Assembly (NCBI RefSeq): GCF_964355755.1 | Contig: NC_092673.1 | Coordinates: 3,286,001 to 3,350,000 of the forward strand | Length of the DNA: 64,000 nt | Direction of reading: 5' to 3' | DNA from: Antedon mediterranea | Lineage: Eukaryota > Animalia > Echinodermata | Part shown: positions 1 through 13,100 of the stretch, in pieces | How positions within the stretch are numbered: position 1 is the stretch's first letter | Layout of the letters: each line of letters starts with the position of its first letter | The notes under the pieces: model-generated | What the model was told of the DNA's origin: nothing | What the model saw: the letters and a program-made list of their open reading frames with translations, nothing else | Database searches by the model: none | Translations under genes and position numbers: made by a program

Positions 1-265
1 ATAGCACAAATAAGCCAAAACTAGAGACAAGATTAGGGAACAATGTTACAGGGGCAGACCTAAGGGGGAGGGGGGGGGGGGGTGTCCACCCTTTATTACA
101 CCATTTTTAGGCCCCCCCCCACCCCCTCCTATTTCAAAATCCTGGATCTGTCATTGTGTTATATAATACAAACATTTGATTTGTGATTTAAAGAACTATA
201 TATAGAAAGAGTAATGAGAGTAATGGACTACAATATTCAAACACATTGAACTGATATTTAATTAC

Positions 266-3200
266 CTTCAATAGCCTTCTCTACACCTCTAAGCTTCGCC
301 ATTGCAATTTGTAGCTCTGTTTGATATTTATCTTGTTCTTCAGATCTGATCTCTACATCTTGTAGCTTTATCTTCTGTTCATACTGTTTCTCTTGTACCT
401 TTAACACCTCTGATATATGATCACTATGCGCTGCTGCTTGTCGTTTCAATTGCATTCGCATTTCTTGCTCATAATCAGAGTCTAGTTGTTGTAGCTGTAA
501 CAGAAAGTATGATGTTGGCAAGGGAATACGTTTTACAAAAATGACAACTTGAAGGATTTCAAAGCTAAAATTAGATAACATAGACAAATTCAATTGAATT
601 CAATTCAATTAAAACTTTATTATCCCCATGGGGAAACTCTGTTGGCCTTTTCAAAAGTACAGTACATACAAATATAAAATGGATACAGTACATAAAATAT
701 AAAATACGATAAAAAAAGCCATACAAAATATACATATAAAATCCTAAAAAGTCGATTTAAAATACTACAAAAAATAAAACTAGCGCATAAAATACGATTA
801 TACAATGAATGATATTATCATTCATTATATAATCGCATAGCGACAGGGACGAATGAATTGCCATATAATATGCATAGTTTTAGATGTGTGTGTATTTTAG
901 TACTTTGTTTTATTTATTTTGAGAATTAAGCTGTCTACACTATCAAACTTTATGTGACAAATAAATGTGATGTGCTCATATATGGACATGATGATGTCAT
1001 ATTACTACCATATTTTGGCATATCACTACCATATTTGGGCACACCAGACTTTTTTTTGTCAAACTAGTTGATAGTGTAGACACAGCTTTACTGCATATGG
1101 GAATAAGCTGTGGTTAAAATGATAATACCCTCTACTGATGTATTACTGCCAAATTTCCATAGAAAACTGGTATTATCATAGATCAATCGCCCTCACCTTT
1201 TTATGTAGTTCAATCTCTAATTCAGCTCTTTGTCTCTCTAGTTCTGCCATGACTACATCTTTGGCTTTTTCTTCATCTTCTTCCTGTTTCTTAACCAGTG
1301 CTTCCTTCAACCTTGTTTGTTCCAACACTTGTTGCTCTACTAGTTGTTTCTGCAATTGCTCTATTCTACGGTGAGCATGGGCAATCAGAGAGTTCAATTC
1401 AGACTCCGATAACTTTTTGCCTATAATATAACAACAGAAATGGTGTATTTATTTTATGGATTACTTTTATTTTTATGTGAAGCGCATAGAGGTATTATGT
1501 GCTTAAAAGTCCAAATTTATTATTATTATATTTTTTTTTACAAATCTGGCTCGTGTGCACTTTAAAGAACCCAGTTCATCTTTCAGAAAGGTAGGGGGTT
1601 ACCCCGGTGTACTGGTCCATTCAGCCCATGTGCTTGTGGACAGACGAACAGGCGCCGTTTGGTGGCAGTACTCGACACCCTTAGGGGAGTAGAAAGTTGT
1701 GTGTGTCGTCCACACCTGTGGGCAATTCAGCCCATTAGGCTGCAAGTTATTCCCAAATTTACATTTACATCAATCAAAATGTAAGACAATGTATAGAATA
1801 GTGTTGTTTATTTGTATAACAAAGTTTTTAATTATGATGTTTGACTTTGACTAAGTTTCATACCTTTTTCACCAAGTTTCACATCTGGCATAATACTTTG
1901 TAATTCCTTTGTAAACTCTTCCTTTCCCTTCTCCACCAGGTCACTGTACTCCTTGTATATCTTTCCTTCTTTCTCTAAAGATGATGTCTGTTTTTACAAA
2001 AAAATAATAAAACCAAAAATGAATAAGCAATTAAGACCACTCTCACTGTGCATTGAAAGTGTCTCCACAACTTCTTCATTTTGCAATATATATTACAACC
2101 CCAAACACTGCTTAATTCTAATCTAGCACCAACTAGAAGACCCTCAACAAACCCCATTAGTTATACTAACTGTCATTAGTTGCATCCCTTTGACTGAACT
2201 AGTCTAAATTTAGTGATTACTTCACTACATGACAGTATTACTACAGCATGACATTGATGTCTTTCAAAGAAAATTCAAAAAGAGAATAATAGGTATAAGG
2301 TTGCTGGAGAAAATAAAAAATGAAGATATAAAAGAACAGGAGAGATTGAGTGGAGAAAGGATGTAAAGAAAAGAAGGCTGACATGGTATGGTCATATGCT
2401 TCGGTTAAATGAAAATACACCAGCTAAAATCACACTCAGAGAAGCTCAACGAAAGACCAAAAGGAAGACCGAAAACAGCATGGATGGCAAACATCAAAAA
2501 GGAAACAGAACTTTTCACATGCAGACCTATACACATGCTTGCTAAAAACATATAGAGTGGCGAACACATGTGAGACATGCAATGTCTAACCAAAATTAGC
2601 ATTTAAGATGATGACACTTGTTTGTTTGTTTGTTTTATCTTTATACTGGGTGACCTCTTCAGTCAAAGACTGATCTCCCAGAGGGCCCAGTTGGTGATCA
2701 GTGGCTGTGATGTACTAATACACCGGGGTAACCCCCTACTCGTCTCGAAAGATGTACTAGGTTCTTTAAAGTGCACACGAGCAAGTTGTGTACACTGGAC
2801 CTACGGTTTATAGTCCTTATCCGAGAAGACCCGTTCTACCACCAGAACCATGGAGTGAGTGAACCTCGAACCCCTGCCGATGTTATGGCTACGTGATTAC
2901 GGTTCCACTGTCTTAACCGCTCGGCCACTCACTCATTTATATACCCACATATATACTGTCACTTAAAGTAAAAACCAACAACATCAAAATGTCCTTATGT
3001 GTACATACCACTGATATGGCCTTGTCTAATTCATAATTCATCTTCATAAGACTCTCCTCAGCTTTAATCACTTTATCTCCAATCCCAAACTGGCTCTTAG
3101 TCTTCTTACTTTCTGCAATCACACTTCTCAATTTCTCAAGCTCTTCTCTGCAAAATAAAAACAAACAAAAACAATTAGATTCAACATTTCACCAATTAAT

Positions 3201-6053
3201 CTGTTCCATGTAATTATGGTAATGATATTAGCTGTATTAATACATCATTCATTCCAATTTTTGTAGTGCAAAAAGTTATTTATTGTATTTGGAAAATGTT
3301 TTCATTTTATTGTATAGTAAAAACACCAACCACTGCTAGTGAGTGGCCGAGCGGTTAAGACAGTGGAACCGTAATTACATAGCCATAACATCGGCAAGGG
3401 TTCGAGGCTCACTCACTCTATGGTAGAACGAGTTTTCTTGGATATTGGACTATAAGCCATAGGTCCAGTGTACACATCTGGCTCATGTGCACTTTAACGA
3501 ACATAGTACATCTTTCAAGACGAGTAGGGGTTACCTCGGTGTACTAATACACACAGTCACCGTCACTCACAGTCACTGATTAGAACTGGGCCCTCTAAGG
3601 GACCAGTCTTCGGCTGAAGAGGTCACCTAGTATATATAAATAATAAATAAATACAATAGTATGATCGAAATGACGAACTAATGATACCTAGCAAAGTTTG
3701 TTGTTTCCGTAGCAGTCTTGACGGCTTCTTCCTTGACATCCGCTGACCTCACAACAATCTTCCAGTCGGCTTCTGAACCCTCTGTCATTCCATCTTCCAT
3801 TGCCAACTTTATCAGTGATGTATGTTCCTTCGTAATCTCTGCCACAAGTTTCTGACTTTCTATTGCTGCTAATGTTATGGTCACCGCTGTGTTCATAGCA
3901 TCGGCCATTATTACTTCATAAGCTAAAAAAGAAATTCCTTAAATAATTTCTCCTCTTAACTCGGTTTTCAGCCAGTCTGTCCAGACTGCCATTGGTATGC
4001 ATAGATGATTTAGGTTTCATTTGAAATCAATAATTGTAAAGCACTATAAATACACTGTTAAAGCTCCGTCTACCAGGCCTTGTCTTTTGAAAATTATAGG
4101 TGTGCTACAAATTGCACTCCTCAATACATTCAGAGGTGTTGTAGGTGTGCTGTTTGTATTTTGGTGTGTACAAGTTTCCAAAATTTAATGGTTTTGTAAA
4201 TCGCATTCCTCAATAACAGTTTTAGGAGTGTGTTAGGTGAGTGATCACACTCGCTCGCCTTAAAAGACAAGGCCTGGTCTACACTATCAAACTAGTTTGA
4301 CAAAAAAAGTGTGCCCAAAATATGGTAGTGATATGCTCAAATTTGGTAGTGATTTGACATCATCATGTCCATATATGGGCACATCATATTTTTTTGTCAC
4401 ATAAAGTTTGATAGTAGACAGGGCATACCTGCTGCATTAGCTGCTTCTTCTATCTCTTGATCAATCATTTTTTCTTTTAACTCTTTCGCCTTCCTTTCCT
4501 CTTCATCTCTTTTTCTGGCTTCTTCAAGTGCAGCCTCATTTTCTGCTTTCTTTTTAGCCGCAGCTAATTTCTCTGAATCTTGTTTAGCTTTCGTCTGCTT
4601 GGAAGTAATCTCAGATTTTTTTGTTACTGGTTGTTGTTTTGGAACTATTGGTTCAGGAATCGGTTCCGGCTTCCTCATCAAACTCTCTGCCTGGATTTTT
4701 TCCTTACTGACATTTATCAGTGGTCCTGTATCTAAATTCCTGCTAAAATAAATTAATGTTTATTTATAGTCCGATCATAGATAAAATGATTACTATATTC
4801 AGAGAGAGAAAAGACTAGAATTGATTTTTAAACAATTTGCTATGGAAAGAAGGTTGGATTCTTATATGGCAAGGGCACAGTGTGTTGGATGTTGGATTAC
4901 TGATGGTGAACCCAACTCAAACTGAATTGCTTGTATCCTTAGGCAAGATACTTTATTTAAATTTGCCCCTCTTTACCCAGGTGTATAAATGGGTACCTGG
5001 TAAGGTAAAAAAACAACTTTGCGTGGATTAAACGCTGCAATATTGGAATATTTTTTCCATACGTGTTTGATCAAAACATGACCAGTGTAATAAAGCTGAT
5101 AAAAACAAATATTTATATTATTATTATAAATTATTATCAGTTGTTTAAATAACTACTCATGTAACTTTTTTTTTCTACAATTATTTTCTTTCCTGGATTG
5201 TGAAACTTACTCATCTTTGATTTTCTTGCCCTCATTGAGGTCATACATAAACGAGTCAAAGAGTGGGTTTAAAAATGGCCAATTGTTCTCTACTTGTCTT
5301 CTAAATTCCGGATTACTTTTCGCATACAGAACAGTTCCAGTGACAGCACCACAACCAATCAACACAGAGCCACTGATGATCTTCACCAAGGTTCTACCGC
5401 CAGACCTGAAAAACATCAAACAAATTGATAAATACATTTTTATTATTGTGTTAAAACAATAAAGAAATATGCAACAATAAGGTAAATTCACTTACTTCCT
5501 TGGTGGCAAAGGAACTTCTGGTTTTGTGCACATCAAACATTTTTCTAACTTTAGAGCACTGCTTTTAGAAATTTGGCTAGCTCCCTAAAATAATTAAAGA
5601 TTATGTAAATAAAATTTTAATTGGTCACTTAAATAAAAGTATTCATTAATAATAATTAGGCCTACTAAATAAATGTGGATACGTATTGCAAAAGGTACTA
5701 CTTGTTTAAATAATGGAGTAATTTCAAGTAATATTAATGCCTTGCAATACACCACCAGGATCGAAATGACCAGATAATACGGACATACGTTCAAGCGAGG
5801 CAGGTGCCGATGAAAGTGCCGGTGTCTCTCTACTCTACCGCCTATCTACTCTAGCAAGAAGTAGGCCTAGGCCTAGCCTACTAGGCATAGTACATCATTA
5901 TTAGCGTATACATAACCAAATGGGGTCTAATAAAAATGTAGATATGTATATAAGATCATATAATTATTTAATGAGGCTAATTAATCTTTAAACTAATAAG
6001 AAATATGTAAATACCCGAATATTTCTCGATACTTTTCCCGAGGTACGCCACAT
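266..6053 (-). CDS. IMMT: MICOS complex subunit MIC60 (mitofilin), 5' exons; gene continues past the window start
   Basis: ATG at 6053 (MWRTSGKVSRNIR, presequence-like). GT-AG exons at approximately 6053-6015, 5584-5496, 5406-5211 (TM segment), 4743-4430, 3922-3689, 3147-3010, 1974-1865, 1420-1198 and 495-266. Peptides NSLIAHAHRRIEQL and MRMQLKRQAAAHSDH match conserved mitofilin motifs. Confidence 0.95.
929..1087. mobile_element. PIF/Harbinger-like MITE (~150-170 bp), first of about 20 copies in the window
   Basis: TIR AGCTCTGTCTACACTATCAAACT and internal CACTACCATATTTGGGCA repeats. Other full or partial copies near 4062-4423, 9444, 10714, 14190, 16880, 17800, 18967, 30567, 35566, 36195, 36937, 41266, 46207, 47295, 48970, 49238, 50217, 51904 and 59895. 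Confidence 0.85.
2640..2935 (-). mobile_element. tRNA-derived SINE with Deu/Nin-like domain
   Basis: Head GAGTGGCCGAGCGGTTAAG...GGTTCGAGG (A and B boxes). Body GTGCACTTTAAAGAACC...GAGTAGGGGGTTACCCCGGTGT resembles the DeuSINE conserved domain. Inverted sister copy at 3338-3650. Confidence 0.8.
3338..3650 (+). mobile_element. tRNA-derived Deu-domain SINE
   Basis: Same family as 2640-2935, with an A-rich tail. Further partial copies at about 1545-1770, 52495-52760 and 53600-53850. Confidence 0.8.
4074..4276. mobile_element. CAG...CTG MITE (hAT-like) nested inside the TIR of a Harbinger-like MITE
   Basis: TIR CAGGCCTTGTCTTTT / AAAAGACAAGGCCTG, flanked by duplicated GTCTAC from the host MITE terminus. 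Confidence 0.7.
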
Positions 6054-7106
6054 TTTTAATTCTGCACGTCGTACACATGAAATAGAAACGAAGAACGCCA
6101 CCTATAATTGATATCGACGATGACTTTCTACAACTTTTACAAATTAGTCTCTATGTTTTCTGCTTTGCGTATCGGATTTTTATTATTAAAAGCATACATT
6201 GCAGTGTATTGGCCTATTACAATTAATGAATTGACCAATACCTACATTACTTACATAATTACTAATTTAAAAAAAATTAAATAAACATCTTACATTTTAT
6301 AAACATTTAATTTACATACACTGTATTTACACACTCTGAATACCCAACATACTATTATACATTTCACACTCTTTTATTTTTTAACATACTATAACTATTA
6401 TATAAGTACTTTTTTCTTTGGCACACACTTAGGTTTAAAACAAATTATCATTGCGATATTAGGTTTAAAAACCATGTAAAGTATAAAAATACAGATTGTT
6501 CAAAATAGCTTATAAAATATTGGTTGTGTCTAAAATTTGACATAATATTAATTATGAACATGATACTATCTCTCTCTCTCTCTCTAGGTGCCATATCTAC
6601 AAACATAGGCGATCATGGTCTGCCACAATTTTCTGCATCTTGCTTTCTATATATGCATGTATAAAACCTAAAGTTTCTTCTTTTACAGTGTTTTAATTTT
6701 TTTACTGCATGTTTTAAAGTCAATAAAGAGGAAAGTATTAATTAATAGTCAACAACTTTATATTCTATTAACAGGATAGATATATATTTATAGATTTGTT
6801 TTATTAACTTATTAAAAAATATGATTTTCTTATTAGTATCTTACAGTATATTTTGCAATATATAAATACATACTCTCCCTGTGCATAAATAATACACATT
6901 TACGTTGATATTGTAAATGAGCAATATAAAAATAATTTTATGTTTTGGTCGCTTAAGGTTTTTTTTGACAAAATCATCATGAGCTAGGTTGTTAGGTCAA
7001 CCATCACTTCAGATCATAGTCTCTAGGAAAAAGTGTGTTCATTCCCTGGCTACAGGTTTGCTTTGGTTAGCATATAAACAGGTCCACACAAACACAGGTA
7101 AAGCTG

Positions 7107-10100
7107 TCATACATTATTAACATAATGGCAGCACCCTACAACAAGTAGGTATATGGCTATAACGATTGCACATATTGCTACAACTACTGCTGGGGCATGA
7201 GTGCGCAAGGGGCATCTTTGCCGCCAAATGCAGAGGTTAACTTGACTATCCATAATCAGTGTGTTGTTATCACCTGTCACACTAACTGTTGTGCCATTTA
7301 CACGAGTCTTGGCTGGTGGAAGTCCATTGCTAGCAGTTTCCAAATCACTTGGTGTTATTTCACTGATTAGGACCTTTGACCAAATAAAACAAAAATGATG
7401 ATGCTCTACTTGTAAATTAGTCATTTAGATTAAACCTGATGATAGAGAAATGTATAAAATATGACTCTATGCATTTCAGTAGGCCAAACTTTTTATTCTA
7501 TAAAAACCGAGTGTTGGCCTATGAAAGCATACTACATCAATCAGTGATGATGAGATTACATTTTAGACAGTACTTACAGACTGGTATGGTTCATTCACAT
7601 TGTCGTTGTTAGTCTCTGGAACTACTGTGGATAACATAAAACAATTACTGTACAGTTTATAAGTATTCATATTTATGAGGTAAGTATTTTCATTTTAAGA
7701 TGTTCGGGAAAAGGCCTCCGTGATTAATATCTATTTGACATTGTCGTTTGCGACAGATGTCTGCCATAGTAGGTATAAGCACTAAAAACACAAACGTGAG
7801 TGTAAAATATAAATCATTTTGTGAGCTGAAAAACTGCGACACAAACAGCCTTAGAAGCATGCCTTAGGATTATGTATTTAATGAATGACTGCAATTACCT
7901 GGCAATGTTGATGACGGTGTTAGGTGAGTAGCTGTAACAGATGGATTCAATTCCTTATAATAAAATAATAATAATATAAAATTAATTCACAAAGTTCACA
8001 TATTAAAATATAATTTGTAGTGTAGCATTATTATATATATTATGGAATGAAATACATACTATTTTTTTAAATAATTAACCCTGTGTTAATGAATAAAATA
8101 TAATTACTGTATTCTTTAAGCATTTCAATGGATGACAGACATCTGCAAGAAACAGAAAAAAAAGTACAATAATTGAAGTGGTTATTCAAATGTGCAATGA
8201 ATATCTAACCAGGCAATGGTTTGATTAATGTTTAAAATTTATTCAACCAGCCGATGGTTGGACAATATTACAAAAGTTATTAACTGGTTGATGGTTGGAT
8301 TAACATAAGGTTATTCAACCGGACAACAGTTTTATTTTGAGAGATTCTTTATCTCTCGCCAATTAAAACAGTTTAGCAAACAATTATATATAAATCATAC
8401 ATTGAGTATTGAAACAGTGCGAATATTCGGAACATGATCTTATAATCGCGTCGAGCATAGCTCATCGGCGGAAGTTCCGTATTTTTAGTTGTATGAAAAA
8501 ATGTCTCTAGCGGGATTCGAACCTGCGACCTCTCGCTTACAGGGCGAGTATCATACCACTAGACCACAGAGTCATATATGGTATTTTCACCCATTAGATA
8601 CATTCTCTCATACAACAAAAGCCCCCACAATAGATATCCTCGTCGTACTGTAATCGATTTCAAATTTCACAACAAATCATGTTTTAGGCCTACCCCAAGT
8701 TGCGTCAGTACTGCTAAACAGGTTTTGCCAAAACGTTGTCTTGCATCGTGATTTATTGCAGCCTATCTTTCCTTTTTCCAAACAGTGGGAAAGGTTGTGA
8801 TGATGGTCATCATAGTTCATGCACATGTAGCAAGGTATACACAGGTCGAGTGTGATGTTCTTCATCCACATTGTCCTCAAGTCATTCAAACTGTTCTCAA
8901 TAAACACCAATACCTAAAATAATTCAACAATGAAATTAGAATTAAATGTATTATTGGGTGTTTAATAGTTAGAAAGTAAGTAAAATTTAGCCATATATAT
9001 GGTACATAAAATATAAGAATAAATTTAACTTTATCGGACTGGGTAATTGAAGAAAACAAATATTGTTTTGATATATTTAAGCAAATTGCAAATTCCCTAT
9101 CCTTCTTAAAGGTGGCAATCTTGTTCACAAGACAAACATATACACAAGATGCACTTTGGGAGTGGAGTTGTAATTTGTCATTAGAAAAAATCCTGACAAA
9201 TGACATGACTCCAGGACCCTTGGATTGGTAGCCAAGCATCATAACCACTAAGCCACAACTCCACTCAAATGTAAATTTTTACAAAACATTTAATACCTCT
9301 TTACACATGGAAGCTGTGGGAATGCTACTGTCATCATCCTCAAGGGGTGGGAAGTATATAACAACCTAAAATAAAAAAAATAAACATGTTGATTAATTGT
9401 TAACAGAAGAATTGATGAAAAGGCACACTTTTAGCGATGTAAAGCTCTGTCTGATATGCCCATAATGAACATGATGATGTCATATAACTACCATATTTTG
9501 GCACAAACTAGTTTGATAATGTAGACAGAGCTTTATGTATTTATCAACCACTCTCAATCTATGAAACTTTCTGAAGGATGATTATTTGCAAGAATTGAAA
9601 ATGTTTTTACAAACGTAGACCCACTTTACCTTTATCATCCTTTTCCCATTTTTGGTCACATGCATTTTCAAGATGAGCTCATGATCTTCGTCAAGGTATA
9701 GTTCAGTTTGTCTGTAGTAAAACCGTGGCGGTTTTGATTGGTATCCATCTTTCTGCTGTGTCCAACTTGCTGCCTTAACGGACAAACGATGAAATAAGCC
9801 CTCTGAAATTTATAATTCGTAATTTTATTATTTGTGTGTGTTTCTTCAACAACATCATTTTTTATCCGTAGTATATTCTTTTATTTCCATGACATACCTG
9901 GAAGGAATCCATTCTTGGAATTGATATTAATGACAACAGCATTAGGTTCCGATTCCCACACTCTTCCCTTGTCTCCTTCATTAGGTATCAATTGACATGG
10001 AACAAAGAACTGCCGTTGGTATTGGTTGTCCCCAGTGCCTAGGGCATCAGACTCATCTCTCTGAAACAATTTATTCAAAAGTCGGTTAAGGTTAAATTGG

Positions 10101-13100
10101 TTAAGGATTGTACAGCAATAATCAATGGCTCTACAAAGACAGTGACACACTTGATCATACATTCAAACATTATTTAATGATATGAATCCTTTCATGCAAC
10201 ATATAAAGTAAGCTTACTCAACCGGTAGATCATTCAACATGATGCATGTAAGAAGTTACAAGAGTTCATTTGTATTTTTGTTCATTTCATTTCATTTATT
10301 TAAAATATCGTCATCGCAGCCAAAGCTGAATTACAAGGATATTTACATATTCTAAATATTATTATTAATATTATCATTTAGAAGCGATATAAGATATGAG
10401 ACTGCACTTTTTCTATATCTTTCAACTCTGCATTTGGGTTGTTGATACTTTACACGTCTTAGAGTCATGTTATTCTTCACTGGAAACCATTTTCAATTCA
10501 GAGCAAACTTATAGAATTACCTGAACTTTATTTTCACATAGCAAATCAAATCTTTCCATTATTTGCAGCAATGACTCTCTGCATTCTTCTGGGAAGTCTT
10601 TCCACACGTGATGGATCAGTACTTCTTCTAATATCCCTTTTTCTTCTAGAATCCTCCAACAACATTTGAACTCTGTCCACTAAAAATAAACCATCAAGAC
10701 ATCTGTATATTTAAGCTCTGTCTACACTATCAAACTAGTTTGACAAAAAAAGTGTGATGTGCCCAAATATGGTAGTTATATGTCCAAATATGGTAGTAAT
10801 ATGACATCATCATGGGCACATCACATTTTTTGTCGCATAAAGTTTGATAGTGTAGACAGAGCTGTAGAGTTATTCTGGTTTGTTAGTTCCCACTCTTGGT
10901 TAGTTGTTCATTGTGGACAGACAAATGAGTGACACTTGTTGGTGGAAACTGTACAGACTGTATGGACCATTAGGGGAGATGAATGCTAATATATGAAAAA
11001 GTACCTTCTCTTCTCGTTTGGTGATAGTGATGACTTTAGTAAAGATGTCTAGCAACCACTGCGGATTAAGCACCACCATATCAGCTAACGCATCGTTGTT
11101 CCTATCATAGTCACCATAGAATGCTATTATCCCAACATTATGCAACAAATGCAACATATCAAATAGCTCTTTCTCATCCTGTATCCCTAACTGCTTTGCC
11201 TCATCCCTTGCCTGTGTACAACGAAACACAGTAAAGATTAATAATTAATTGTTTTATAATTAAGTCACAAATAAATTTAGTTTTTTTTATAATTTTTTTT
11301 TCAATCACAGCAACACATGAAGATATTACATTACTGTACAACTGTTTTACAACTGTTTTTACTATACATAGTACAACATTTCTTTAAAGTGATCTGTTAA
11401 AAATTTGAGGGAGGTGCTTATTGGAGGGAGGCATTTATTGTAACATATATAATCAAATAAACCCTCCCTAGATATGAAAAAATACAACACATTTAATACA
11501 AAGTAAAAAATCAAAATGCTTGGTAAATTTTAGATTATTCAAGGGGGGCGTTTATTCAAAATGATGTTCTATAGGGAGTGTTTATTCGAGGGAGCCATAT
11601 ATTTGAATAAATACGGTAATACAGAATTTTTTGCCATATGCCATAATACCTGTTGTAAACTGATATAGTTAATATCACTTTTTCGAAGTTCCATCACAAG
11701 ATGTTCAAATCTAAACCAAGATATAGGGATACTCTCATTCATGTATGGTTGTTTACGCATTATTTCCTCCACATCTTCTTTGAACTTTGTCATATTTTCA
11801 CCCAAAGGTCGGAGAGTGTTGTCTACAAAGTAGATTTCAGGAACAACATGTTTTACGTATGGTTTATCCTTAAGATAACTCTTAATAGTTGATTTTATTT
11901 TGTCGAGCTAGAAAAAAAAAAAATATATTAATCTTTAGGAAAGTTTTGAAAATGTAACAAGACCATTAATGAAAACCGAACTTTGTATTGGAAAAAATAA
12001 GTTAATTGAAAATAATTGAAACACATAGATTACCTTTTCTTTCTTCTCTTCTTTTGTTCCTGAGATTTGATCAAGGTGAGTGCCGACAATAAAGACAGGC
12101 GGACTAAGAGGGCAGTCAACGCCATCTTTCTGTGGGTTTTCTGATACATGCGTAAATATCGAATTTAACCAGAAGTCCAAAAACTCTAGATTTGTCATCT
12201 CATGATCGGTTGGAAATTCTTGATGAATCCCCTAAGAAAAAAAAGATTGTTTTCCATTGTTGTAATACAGTTTCTATTTAAAAAAATAACTTTTGGGTCA
12301 TCCTGTCTCATTGATTTACTATTGTACTGTATTTGAAATTTGACGAAATACTGTAAATGAAATGATATAATATATATGATATGATATACCTATTTATGAG
12401 ACAACTCTATTCAAGGGACATTCATTAAGGGAACACATTGTTGGGTGTCCTCTTATTAGAAGTTATTATATCAATAAGAAATGTAACTTTATTTATTTTT
12501 TTAAAATTTGTAATGTAACCGAGTGATGTAATTTATATTGTTTTATGAAATAAAATACAGAAAATAAATAAAATTAAAAACAAAAGAAATGTTCAACACA
12601 AATGACATGACAACCATGAAAACTTGGGACCTCATACTGTAGCATACAATATGGGTTAAATTATTATTTTCATTATCCATGATTTATTGGATGAGGATTT
12701 CAAATACTATTTAAAATTGATTAGTGACAGGGCCATAGCCACCAGTACGGTTTTGGTAAAGTTTCAAACTGACCGCTTTTTGGTCTTTGATAAACCCATG
12801 GCCTGCACAGGGGATTATTACGGGTGTCTAGAAAACTCAGATCTAGAAAACTCAGATCTCAGATATATCTGAGTTTTCTAGATCTAGAAAACTCAAATAT
12901 CTGAGTTTTCTAGATCTAGAAAACTCAGATATCTGACTTTTCTAGATCTAGAAAACTCAGATATCAATATCTGACTTTTCTAGTTCCAAAATGGAACTAG
13001 AAAACTCAGATCATCATTTGATTGGTTGGTAGGTCATTTGGATCGTTCCATTATTAATCAGCAGGTAGGTCATTTGAAATACTAGAGTATTATTAAAACT

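Noticed and set aside
60-150. G-run/C-run inverted segment as a regulatory G-quadruplex
   Set aside because: It matches a small CAGGGGCGGATC-type MITE remnant (similar at ~17224-17345); nothing indicates function.
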